Positions 1 through 8,969 of a stretch of 64,000 nt of DNA are shown here, piece by piece; position 1 is the stretch's first letter, and each line of letters opens with the position of its first letter. The notes under the pieces were generated by a model. The model ran no database searches. It was not told where the DNA came from and saw only the letters and a program-made list of their open reading frames with translations. The DNA comes from Pirellulales bacterium (GTDB lineage Bacteria > Planctomycetota > Planctomycetia > Pirellulales > UBA1268): contig CBDFMH010000005.1 in the NCBI GenBank assembly GCA_965249545.1, forward strand, positions 604,126 to 668,125. The letters run 5' to 3'. Both the position numbers and the translations under genes were made by a program.

Positions 1-1
1 G

Positions 2-1168
2 ACAAGCAACGATAAAAACGTTCTTCAACATCACAAGCAGTTGAGAAATCTCTGTGAGACACGCAACAAACTCATTGAAAAGAGTGCGGAGATTATGGTG
101 ATGCGGGAAAGTCCTCAACCCAAGCAAGCCTATGTTCTGACTCGTGGTGAATACGACAAACGAGCCGAACCAGTCCAGCCAAGTACTCCAACTGTTCTTC
201 CTTCGTTTTCTGGTGAACTGCCTCGTAATCGTCTCGGATTAGCCCGCTGGCTTCTTGACCCTGACCATCCTCTCCTCGCTCGAGTGACCGTCAACCGTTT
301 CTGGCAGGCACTTTTTGGTGAGGGACTCGTACGCAGTGCAGAAGATTTTGGTAGCCAGGCGACGCAGCCTGAATATCCGGAACTCCTTGATCTTCTTGCA
401 TGGAAATTTTCACACCCAAAGGATCAGGGTGGGTTTTCATGGAATGTCAAATCGCTCTTGAAATTCATCATGGCATCAGACACATATCAGCAAAGAAGTC
501 TGGCTGATGGCAAAACAATGATGAATGATCCTACAAATAATTGGCTCGCACGAGGCCCGCGGCACCGACTTTCAGCTGAAATGATTCGTGATGCCGCACT
601 TTCAGTAAGCGGCCTCTTGGATGAAACACATGGTGGTCCCCCGGTGAGGCCATACGATATTGCAGAATCATTTAAGCCCGAAAAAATCAGCTCTGGAACA
701 TCACTGTACCGCCGAAGTATTTACACATATTGGCGAAGAAGTGGCCCAGCTCCCGTGCTTGAGGCTTTTGACCTTCCAAATAGGGTCATCTGTACAGCAA
801 AACGCGATACGACTAACACACCCCTGCACGCCCTTATTCTACTCAATGGCACACAGTTTGTTGAAGCATCCCGAGTGCTTGCTGAGCATATTTTGCGTAC
901 GCATTCGAATGATTCGTCCGCGGCAATTGAGTATGCATTTTATCTTCTGACAAGCCGACATCCTGACAAAGATGAACACAAAATACTTGTCCAAATGGTA
1001 GAAGACCAGCGGTCCTGGTATGAATCGCATCCAGAAGACGCAAAGAAACTCCTTGCCGTTGGACAAAAAAAATTAAGCAATGAAAATCTTAGTGAAATTG
1101 ATGTAGCTGCTCTCTCTGCAGTTCTGACTGGCTTATATGCACACGATGAAAGTGTGGTGAAACGGTGA
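2..1168 (+). CDS. DUF1553 (PSD1) domain protein, C-terminal part of a DUF1549/DUF1553 planctomycete cytochrome c protein; 5'-truncated by the window edge
   Basis: Frame is open from base 2. Motifs RLGLARWL, ARVTVNRFWQ, HPELLD-like YPELLDLLA, RLSAEMIRD, YRRSIYTYWRR and TNTPLHAL. Stop overlaps the next start (GTGA). Confidence 0.9.
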   Translation, partial: TSNDKNVLQHHKQLRNLCETRNKLIEKSAEIMVMRESPQPKQAYVLTRGEYDKRAEPVQPSTPTVLPSFSGELPRNRLGLARWLLDPDHPLLARVTVNRFWQALFGEGLVRSAEDFGSQATQPEYPELLDLLAWKFSHPKDQGGFSWNVKSLLKFIMASDTYQQRSLADGKTMMNDPTNNWLARGPRHRLSAEMIRDAALSVSGLLDETHGGPPVRPYDIAESFKPEKISSGTSLYRRSIYTYWRRSGPAPVLEAFDLPNRVICTAKRDTTNTPLHALILLNGTQFVEASRVLAEHILRTHSNDSSAAIEYAFYLLTSRHPDKDEHKILVQMVEDQRSWYESHPEDAKKLLAVGQKKLSNENLSEIDVAALSAVLTGLYAHDESVVKR

Positions 1169-2607
1169 GTGATCCATTCCGTATTCCTGACTGGACAATC
1201 AATCGAAGAAGCTGGCTCAACACATTTGGGATGGGCCTGGGTGGTATTGCACTCAACGAAATGCTGTACAAAGATGTGCAAGCCGACAGCGGAAACGGTG
1301 TTTTACAGCATCTCCATCATGCCCCCAAAGCAAAACGTGTTATTTATCTCTTCCAGTCCGGTGGGCCTTCCCAGCTTGATCTATTTGATGAAAAGCCAGC
1401 TCTTGTCAAACACACAGGTCAGCAACTTCCTGAAAGTGTACGAGGTGGACAGCGACTAACTGGCATGAGTGGAAACCAAAGTTCAATCCCACTGGTTGGT
1501 TCCCCCTTCAAATTTTCAAAGCATGGTCAAAGTGGAGCTACGCTCAGTGAACTGTTACCGCACACCGCTTCAATTGCTGATCGGCTGTGTTTCGTCAAAG
1601 CGATGCATACAGAAAGTATTAATCACGGGCCCGGTGTTTGTTTCATGCAAAGTGGATCGCAGATCCCTGGTCGGCCAAGTATTGGTGCATGGCTTGACTA
1701 TGGGCTTGGTAGCATTACTGACGAGCTTCCAGCGTTTGTTGTTTTGCTCACTAAGAATAAGGGTGGCCAACCCTTACAGAGCCATCTTTGGGGATCGGGT
1801 TTCCTTCCATCACGACATCAAGCAGTACGCTTTCGTTCTGGAAGTGACCCTGTACTCTACATAAATAATCCACCAGGAGTTTCTGCAGACAGTCGCCGAC
1901 TTATGCTTGACGGCCTACAACGCTTACATGAGCATCAATTCAGTGAAACGCCTGATAGTGAAATTACAGAACGAATTGCCCACTATGAAATGGCCTACCG
2001 AATGCAGGCTAGTGTTCCAGATGTTACTGACTTGAGTGATGAACCAAAACATGTTCTTGAGCGTTATGGACCTGACGCAACAGATGCGGGAAGTTTTGCA
2101 GCAAATTGTCTTCTTGCACGAAGACTTGCGGAACGAGGTGTACGGTTTATTCAACTGTATCATCAGGGATGGGATCATCACGGCGGACTGCGACGTGGTT
2201 TAAAGAAACAGTGCAAAGAAACCGATCAGCCAACTGCTGCACTTGTCCAAGATCTTGCTGACCGTGGCATGCTCGATGATACGCTTGTGATCTGGGGCGG
2301 TGAGTTCGGCCGAACCAACTACTGCCAAGGTTTGTATAAACCTGGCGCTGACTTTGGCCGTGACCACCACCCCCGTTGCTTCACATCATGGATGGCTGGC
2401 GGCGGTATTCAACCCGGCATCAGTTACGGGAAAACCTGTGATTATGGATACAACATCCAAGAAAAGGGTGTCCACATACATGACTTTCATGCAACACTTC
2501 TCCACGTACTCGGTGTTGATCATGAGCGACTTACTTATAAATTCCAAGGTCGTCGATATCGCCTGACTGATGTTCATGGTCAGGTTGTGGAGGAGATTCT
2601 TGCTTAG
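1165..2607 (+). CDS. DUF1501 family protein (sulfatase/alkaline-phosphatase-like fold), Tat-like RR N-terminus
   Basis: NRRSWL twin-Arg motif, AKRVIYLFQSGGPSQLDLFD, GRPSIGAW, WDHH, EFGRT, GRDHHP, RLTDVHG. Confidence 0.93.
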   Translation: MSDPFRIPDWTINRRSWLNTFGMGLGGIALNEMLYKDVQADSGNGVLQHLHHAPKAKRVIYLFQSGGPSQLDLFDEKPALVKHTGQQLPESVRGGQRLTGMSGNQSSIPLVGSPFKFSKHGQSGATLSELLPHTASIADRLCFVKAMHTESINHGPGVCFMQSGSQIPGRPSIGAWLDYGLGSITDELPAFVVLLTKNKGGQPLQSHLWGSGFLPSRHQAVRFRSGSDPVLYINNPPGVSADSRRLMLDGLQRLHEHQFSETPDSEITERIAHYEMAYRMQASVPDVTDLSDEPKHVLERYGPDATDAGSFAANCLLARRLAERGVRFIQLYHQGWDHHGGLRRGLKKQCKETDQPTAALVQDLADRGMLDDTLVIWGGEFGRTNYCQGLYKPGADFGRDHHPRCFTSWMAGGGIQPGISYGKTCDYGYNIQEKGVHIHDFHATLLHVLGVDHERLTYKFQGRRYRLTDVHGQVVEEILA

Positions 2608-2936
2608 CAACCTGAACTTTTTCAATTCCGCAACCAGGACTCTGTAGCTTCTCCCGAGTAAATATTCTGCAGGAGTATTCTACTTATTGCATTGCTGATC
2701 AATGTCGGAAAACAGCAAATGATTCCGTAGATTCAGACGCTCTTCAATGCAATTGGGGGCAGATGACTTTGCATGGTCGTCATCACCGTAATCTCTTTTG
2801 GGACTATCCTAAACTGCCTATCGTTTGATGGCCTCCCAAAGTCATCAGGCAGTGTCAATAAAACCTGAATTATGCCTGCCCATTGTATTCGTTGTCAGAA
2901 GGTGTTCGGATAACATTTCTACAACGTAAGGCTTCT

Positions 2937-4160
2937 ATGATTCGCTTCTTGATAAACAATATCCGTTGGCTTTCTGTCGGCTTTCTTCTTACGTTTGCAT
3001 CCACTGGTGGGCAAACGTGGTTTATCTCCTTATGCTCCTCATCGATTAAAGAACAATTTTCTCTCTCTGATGGAGCGTGGGGAGGCATCTATACACTGGC
3101 GACTCTTGCCTCAGCTGTGATCATGTTCTGGCAGGGATCAATTGTCGATCGTGTCCCACCACGTTTTGTCACATTGATAACAGCCTGTTTATTTGGAATC
3201 GCTGCTGTAAGTATGGCGGTCAGCCAATCGGTATGGGTATTGGGTTGCTCATTATTTCTACTCAGATTCTGCGGCCAGGGCATGTTTGGGCACATCGCAA
3301 TGACCACACTAGGAAGATGGTTTGTAAATCATCGGGGTCGTGCGGTCGCGCTTGCTAATCTTGGATATCCAGCAAGCGAAATCTTGCTTGCAGCACCCGC
3401 AGTCATCGTAATTGAAGCCTTCGGCTGGCAGGCCTTATGGATATGTGTCGCTATCTTTCTATTCCTCATTTTTTTGCCAACTATGGCAGCCCTATTGCGA
3501 ACAGATCGGGTACCGACACAACTGACTGAGCAGCATATGCTATTCGGGCTTCAGGGCCGACATTGGGCGCGTCATGACGCCATGCGTCACTGGCTCCTCC
3601 CAGCATTGTTGCCAACACTTCTTACACCCGGCCTGATGGGCACCGTATTATTTTTTAATCAGACACATCTAGCTGAATTAAAAGGATGGAAACTCGTTGC
3701 TATGGCACCCGCATTCTCCTGCTTTGCGCTGTCGGGTGTTATGGCATCATTCTGGGCCGGTTGGGCAGTTGATCGATTTGGCGGTCATCGTCTCATTCCT
3801 TTTCTATTGCTACCAATTGGGTTTGGTATGGCACTGATCAGTCAGGCGACAAGCATTACAGCCTGGTATCTTGCCCTCGGTTCAATGGGTATCACAATGG
3901 GCATGTCCAGCGCGCTTTGGGGGGCCGTATTGCCCGCGCTCTATGGGACTCGACATCTTGGCTCGATACGCTCGCTCACAACTACCATCATGGTTTTTTC
4001 TACAGCAATTGGTCCCGGGCTAACTGGGCTTCTAATCGACTGGGGTGTTGACTTTACCACCCAATGCATTGGTTTTTCTGCCTGGTGTTTTGTCATTGCC
4101 GTAGCTTCCTTCTTTATTGAACAGAAGCTAACGAAAGAACTTGCAGTTTCTTCTCAATAA
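2937..4160 (+). CDS. MFS transporter
   Basis: About 12 hydrophobic segments, MFS loop motifs GSIVDRV and GWAVDRFGGH, RWFVNHRGRA. ATG 2937 preferred over upstream TTG 2883. Confidence 0.88.
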   Translation: MIRFLINNIRWLSVGFLLTFASTGGQTWFISLCSSSIKEQFSLSDGAWGGIYTLATLASAVIMFWQGSIVDRVPPRFVTLITACLFGIAAVSMAVSQSVWVLGCSLFLLRFCGQGMFGHIAMTTLGRWFVNHRGRAVALANLGYPASEILLAAPAVIVIEAFGWQALWICVAIFLFLIFLPTMAALLRTDRVPTQLTEQHMLFGLQGRHWARHDAMRHWLLPALLPTLLTPGLMGTVLFFNQTHLAELKGWKLVAMAPAFSCFALSGVMASFWAGWAVDRFGGHRLIPFLLLPIGFGMALISQATSITAWYLALGSMGITMGMSSALWGAVLPALYGTRHLGSIRSLTTTIMVFSTAIGPGLTGLLIDWGVDFTTQCIGFSAWCFVIAVASFFIEQKLTKELAVSSQ

Positions 4161-4183
4161 GAACCGTGCCTCCAAGCATCTGT

Positions 4184-6316
4184 CTACTTTCCATAGATAT
4201 ATTGCGGCAACCACAGCACGAGATATTGTCCGAAGAAGAAAACAAGAGCCAGTCCAAGGAGCTGAATGATGACAAACGGAATGACACCCTTATAAATGTC
4301 AATCAGCTTAACTTCCTGTGGCGCAACACTTTTGAGATAGAAAATCGCAAATCCGACGGGTGGCGTGAGAAAGGAAGTTTGAAGGCAAACAGCCATCAGA
4401 ACACAGAACCAAATCGTATTTGCCTGTGTTCGGGCAGCCAAAAAGCTTTCTTGCCGTTCATACATCGCTGGATCAACAAGTTGAAAATCGAATGTACCAA
4501 TCGTCGTCAAAATAAGCGGTAGCACAATGATTGTGATTTCAATCCAGTCGAGAAAGAAACCCAAGAAAAAGATAATGCCCAAAACAATGGCAATGACACC
4601 AAATGGACCAAACGGGAGGCTTTCCAATCCATGTTGAATGAGCTTATCACCGCCCAGCTCACGAAGAATAAATGCAAAACAAGTAGCGCAAAAAAGAATA
4701 CCGACAATAGAACCTGTTAAAGCAAAGGCATCGACACAGGATTGCCATCCTTCCCGAATAATTGCAGCATAGTCCAATTTTCCATACCGTCGTTTATCCG
4801 TTTGCAACCAATGTATGATCGCCAAGATACTTGCCCCAACTGCTCCCAGACCACTTGCTTCTGTGACTGTCGCTATACCCGCAAAAATAGAACCAAGCAC
4901 AACGACAATAAGTGCAAGTACGGGGAGGATCGCACATATGGCGTCACGCACTATCTTCACTGAAATTGATTGCTGACTGCCAAGCGGAACATATTCTGGT
5001 TGGATATGACCTACACAGAACAAGTAGGCAACATACAGGCCCGCAAGCATGGCACTCGGGAAAACTGCCCCCATAAATAGATCACCGACAGGAACTGATG
5101 CCTGATCCGCCATGATCACAAGCATGATACTTGGGGGCATAAGAATGCCTAGCGTGCCCGCAGAACACACAGTGCCAGTTGCAAGGGACCGTGCATACCC
5201 CTGCTGGAGCATGACTGGCAGGCCAATGAGCCCAAGCAACACGACGGACGCACCGATAATGCCAGTACTTGCAGCAAGTAAAATACCAATGAACACCACA
5301 CAGATTGCCAAACCGCCACGAATCTGCCCAAAAATTTGTTCCATAGCTGTCATCATCCGCTCAGCTATCCCACTACGATCTAAAAGAAGACCCATAAAGA
5401 TAAACATGGGCAAAGCAACAAGTTCTGGTTTTCTAAGAAGCCCTCCGTATATCCGATGAACGAATCCTGCAGCACTGCCGAGATAGAGTTTTGTACCTGC
5501 AGATTCCAGCGTAAGCGTGTACCCAAAATAGTCAGCTGCATAGCCGACAAAGATGAATGCAACAGCGACACCGCCCAACACAAATGCAATTGGAAAACCG
5601 GTGAACAGGAGTCCCACAAAACTAACGAACATCAAAACAACTAAGGCATAGCGTGGGTCGATATTCCCAACGTGCCATGCAAGCCCAATGGCAGCACAGA
5701 CTATGGCCGCACTCACCCCGAGCTTCAATTTCCCCCACTGATTCGAACTCCTTTGACCCATCGAGGAAACGGGAGCATGCCGGTCCGTCGATGCAAACTC
5801 CATAAGTCGCACGAGGGCCACGAGCAGCATAAGTGAAAAAGAAATTGGTAACGCCAATTTCACAACAAAGGTGAACGGGAGACCCTGTTCATTCACTGAA
5901 TGTTCACCAATAGAAAATGAGTGGCCCACAGCCTGAAATCCATACCACGCAAGAAGAGTGGAGAACGGAATGACGAAAAAGATTAGGCCAGCCGTTTCGA
6001 TGATCGCTTGATCTTTTTTGTTAAAGCGATGATGGAACAAATCTAATCGAACATGATCATTTACGATAAAGGAAAAGACGACACCAAAGGTTGCGAGATA
6101 GGCATAGAGCTGCCAGTGCAACTCTTCAAGCCACACGAAATTGATTCCAAATACATAACGCAAGACGACGTGAATCAAGATTGTGAAGGTCAGCAATGGA
6201 AATAAAAGAGCGACTGAACCGACTACACGTCGCAAGGCTCTTAAGAGAAAACTTGTGGGTTCATCGCAACATTCACTGTGCAGAACCTGTTCATCGGGTA
6301 TCTCTTCGATTTTCAT
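4184..6316 (-). CDS. TRAP transporter fused small+large permease (DctQ-DctM)
   Basis: N-terminal DctQ motifs (EELHWQLY, HVRLDLF) and C-terminal DctM motifs (ALPMFIFMG, GTLGILMPPSI, FFLDWIEI, QTSFLTPPVGFAIFYLK) in one 710-aa ORF. Confidence 0.92.
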   Translation of the reverse strand: MKIEEIPDEQVLHSECCDEPTSFLLRALRRVVGSVALLFPLLTFTILIHVVLRYVFGINFVWLEELHWQLYAYLATFGVVFSFIVNDHVRLDLFHHRFNKKDQAIIETAGLIFFVIPFSTLLAWYGFQAVGHSFSIGEHSVNEQGLPFTFVVKLALPISFSLMLLVALVRLMEFASTDRHAPVSSMGQRSSNQWGKLKLGVSAAIVCAAIGLAWHVGNIDPRYALVVLMFVSFVGLLFTGFPIAFVLGGVAVAFIFVGYAADYFGYTLTLESAGTKLYLGSAAGFVHRIYGGLLRKPELVALPMFIFMGLLLDRSGIAERMMTAMEQIFGQIRGGLAICVVFIGILLAASTGIIGASVVLLGLIGLPVMLQQGYARSLATGTVCSAGTLGILMPPSIMLVIMADQASVPVGDLFMGAVFPSAMLAGLYVAYLFCVGHIQPEYVPLGSQQSISVKIVRDAICAILPVLALIVVVLGSIFAGIATVTEASGLGAVGASILAIIHWLQTDKRRYGKLDYAAIIREGWQSCVDAFALTGSIVGILFCATCFAFILRELGGDKLIQHGLESLPFGPFGVIAIVLGIIFFLGFFLDWIEITIIVLPLILTTIGTFDFQLVDPAMYERQESFLAARTQANTIWFCVLMAVCLQTSFLTPPVGFAIFYLKSVAPQEVKLIDIYKGVIPFVIIQLLGLALVFFFGQYLVLWLPQYIYGK

Positions 6317-6355
6317 GCCTGACCCTCTCGAGGGCCTGTCACCCTCTTCATCTAC

Positions 6356-7465
6356 TTAATGAGACAAAGTGCTTCTGCGGGGAAGGAACGCACGGCCACC
6401 CCATTCTCGGTAATGGGTGCGAAAAGACTGTAAATTTTCCCAGACTTCTTTGAAAAATGCATCTTGGGATGCCTCACGAGCTGCAACAGCATGCCATGTC
6501 TCCTCGTAAAGGTCGAGCATCTCCTGTGACCATATGCGATTCTCCACACCTCTCTCATCAACATTTCGACGAATCGCATCTGCCTGAATCGCCTCTGATT
6601 TTGCAAAGCTATCAAGCATTGCTGCTTGACAGGCGTTTGTAATAATTGATTGGTCGACTTGTGATAACGAGTCCCAAATATTTTTGTTAATCATTAATTC
6701 AAGAAGGGTTGCCTGTTGATGCCAGCCGGGATAGTAGTTGTAGTTTGCAACACGAGAAAATCCGAGCTTTTCATCTATTGCTGGCATAGAAAATTCTGTT
6801 GCATCAAGAACATTTTTTTCAAGCGCCTGATAAATTTCTCCTCCTGGCATAACAGTAACGGCCACACCGAGTTCCTGCATAACTTGTCCGCCAAGCCCAT
6901 AAAACCGCATCTTCAATCCGCGAAGATCTTCTGCCGTATCAACGGGCTTCCTGAACCAGCCACTTGTTTCAGCTGCTAGCAACGCACACGGCAAGGTCAC
7001 AACTTGGAAACCAGCCTCTGAATACATTCGCTGCTCAAGATCGAGTCCGCCGCCATGGTACATCCAGGCAATATATTCCCCTGCTTCAGGTCCAAATGGC
7101 ACAGAACTAAACAACGGTGCTGCAGGCATTTTTCCAGCCCAGAAGCCAGCCGGACCAAATCCTCCTTCGACGGTACCACTTGAGACTGCATCAAGAACTT
7201 CAAGTGCTGGCACGATTGCCCCAGGCTCTTGAACATCCAGGTCAATGCGTCCGGCTGTCATTTCACGAACACGATCCGCAACACCAAGAATAGCATCGCC
7301 GAGACCTGGCAGGTTTGTCGGCTGACATGTCGCAACTTTCAATTCAACTTTTACGCCACGAACTGAATCCGCCGTTTGACGAGGAGGGCTTCCTACCGGT
7401 TTACATCCGACAAGCAACAGTCCAGCAACATTGCATACCAGTATCACCCAGCGATTGCCTACCAT
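6356..7465 (-). CDS. TRAP transporter substrate-binding protein DctP (TakP-like keto-acid/monocarboxylate clade), predicted lipoprotein
   Basis: PGAIVPALEVLDAV, FSSVPFG, GWFRKP, LKMRFYGLG, YYPGWHQ. Lipobox LLVG-C after ATG 7465 (ORF extends upstream to 7549). Confidence 0.9.
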   Translation of the reverse strand: MVGNRWVILVCNVAGLLLVGCKPVGSPPRQTADSVRGVKVELKVATCQPTNLPGLGDAILGVADRVREMTAGRIDLDVQEPGAIVPALEVLDAVSSGTVEGGFGPAGFWAGKMPAAPLFSSVPFGPEAGEYIAWMYHGGGLDLEQRMYSEAGFQVVTLPCALLAAETSGWFRKPVDTAEDLRGLKMRFYGLGGQVMQELGVAVTVMPGGEIYQALEKNVLDATEFSMPAIDEKLGFSRVANYNYYPGWHQQATLLELMINKNIWDSLSQVDQSIITNACQAAMLDSFAKSEAIQADAIRRNVDERGVENRIWSQEMLDLYEETWHAVAAREASQDAFFKEVWENLQSFRTHYREWGGRAFLPRRSTLSH

Positions 7466-7727
7466 TATAAAATTCCAGACTGCATCACGTATTCTTGTGT
7501 CTGACTTCACTCCGCAGTTTGGATACTTGGTCATTCTGTTCTGCCCCAATCATCTTCAAGGCTCGGAGGAATGAAAAACCTATCACAAGTGACAAATGTA
7601 TTGCGTACTTTTCTGAAAATATAGGAACGCGCGCATGAAACACTTCCGAGAGGACTGCGCACTGAAGATAGCTCATTCACTGAAGAAAAAGTCGTTGGCT
7701 ATCAGACGGTATTAAGTGCATCCATTT

Positions 7728-8759
7728 TCATGGCCCATCCGACGTACCATCGGCTTCATCAGATGGCCAACCGGGTTCAATAATGGTTATCGATGGCTGG
7801 CCAGGTGGAACAAGAAAAATATCAATCAACTCAGCGTCTTCGGTCCCCTCATTTGCCGCCGACATGGGAGTATCTGGTGGCATATAGTACCAGTCTCCAG
7901 GCCCATGGGTCATAGGATCCATTCCTTCAACATAGTCTGTAATAGTGCCTGAGAGGACGAGCGTATATCCACCGTATTCATGAATATGGATACCGACTCG
8001 TGTTCCAGCTTCTCGAATACCTCTATGAATAACAACCTCTCGACCAAAGGAATCAATATAGCCATGTGGCACGAGATCTATAACGTTTTGCAGAGCCTTC
8101 ATTTCACCGGGTAGAGTCGCTCCATTGATTTCTGTTACCGGGTAGAAATGGGTTGGCTCAACCTTTGGGCCAGACGGCAAGGATGAAAGCCATGCAAGAT
8201 CAAAATCACTTCCGAAGTCTGTCGTACTATCCGCTAGTTCAACAACCAGATTATTGAGCTGTCCGAATCCAGGTTCTTGATTCGGAACATAGTTTGGCCA
8301 CTCCATATGATTCGTTCCTGAATAGTTAGGCGCCTCTTCTACGACTGAATTTCCATTGTCCCATCCAACAACTGTAAATGCCTCTCGCATATCCTGAAAA
8401 CTCTCAGTGCGCCAACGGATCTGATCGTTAGCTTGAATAATTCGTAGCCTCAGTAGTTTTATTAATTCCCTTGGATTTGACGTTGTTGGAACAGCTGAAA
8501 TATTTTTCCAAGAGTCTGACGTGCTGTCATACTTCTCAACGACACCATGAGCCACATGACCGACAATAAAACTAGGAATGTTGTCGTTAAAAAAGTCTGC
8601 TTTTTCAAATGTTATTGGTAATGGACCAACAACATCTTTATTGATCATCACGACCTCAGTCGCCGTGATGTCTCCTCTCGCAATTCCGGGGCTACCAGTT
8701 AGTGGTAGTTTTGGTTCAAGGACTTCAAAACTAACTAGTGTTTCTTTTAAACCAGACAT
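7728..8759 (-). CDS. Cupin-domain protein with an uncharacterised N-terminal domain
   Basis: C-terminal cupin motifs GIHIHEYGG..LVLSG and GPGDWYYMPPDTPMSAAN. Confidence 0.7.
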   Translation of the reverse strand: MSGLKETLVSFEVLEPKLPLTGSPGIARGDITATEVVMINKDVVGPLPITFEKADFFNDNIPSFIVGHVAHGVVEKYDSTSDSWKNISAVPTTSNPRELIKLLRLRIIQANDQIRWRTESFQDMREAFTVVGWDNGNSVVEEAPNYSGTNHMEWPNYVPNQEPGFGQLNNLVVELADSTTDFGSDFDLAWLSSLPSGPKVEPTHFYPVTEINGATLPGEMKALQNVIDLVPHGYIDSFGREVVIHRGIREAGTRVGIHIHEYGGYTLVLSGTITDYVEGMDPMTHGPGDWYYMPPDTPMSAANEGTEDAELIDIFLVPPGQPSITIIEPGWPSDEADGTSDGP

Positions 8760-8969
8760 CTCTGTATCACTCTTGGTAAAAGTTTCCCATCAAATCTGTT
8801 CAAAACTATTCAAAAACCCTCTTAACATTCGTACCCTAAAAATGTTAAAGGAGCAAGAATTTTCTTCACAAAACAATGCAAGGGTGCACGTTCGTGAGAC
8901 AGTATTCAACTATTTGGATTCGCACCGTAGAGAATGTGCTACATACCAACACAGACAAGCGGCGCGACT

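Noticed and set aside
2608..2936. Intergenic region with an imperfect hairpin near 2657-2685, considered as an ncRNA
   Set aside because: The pairing is imperfect and matches no recognisable RNA family.
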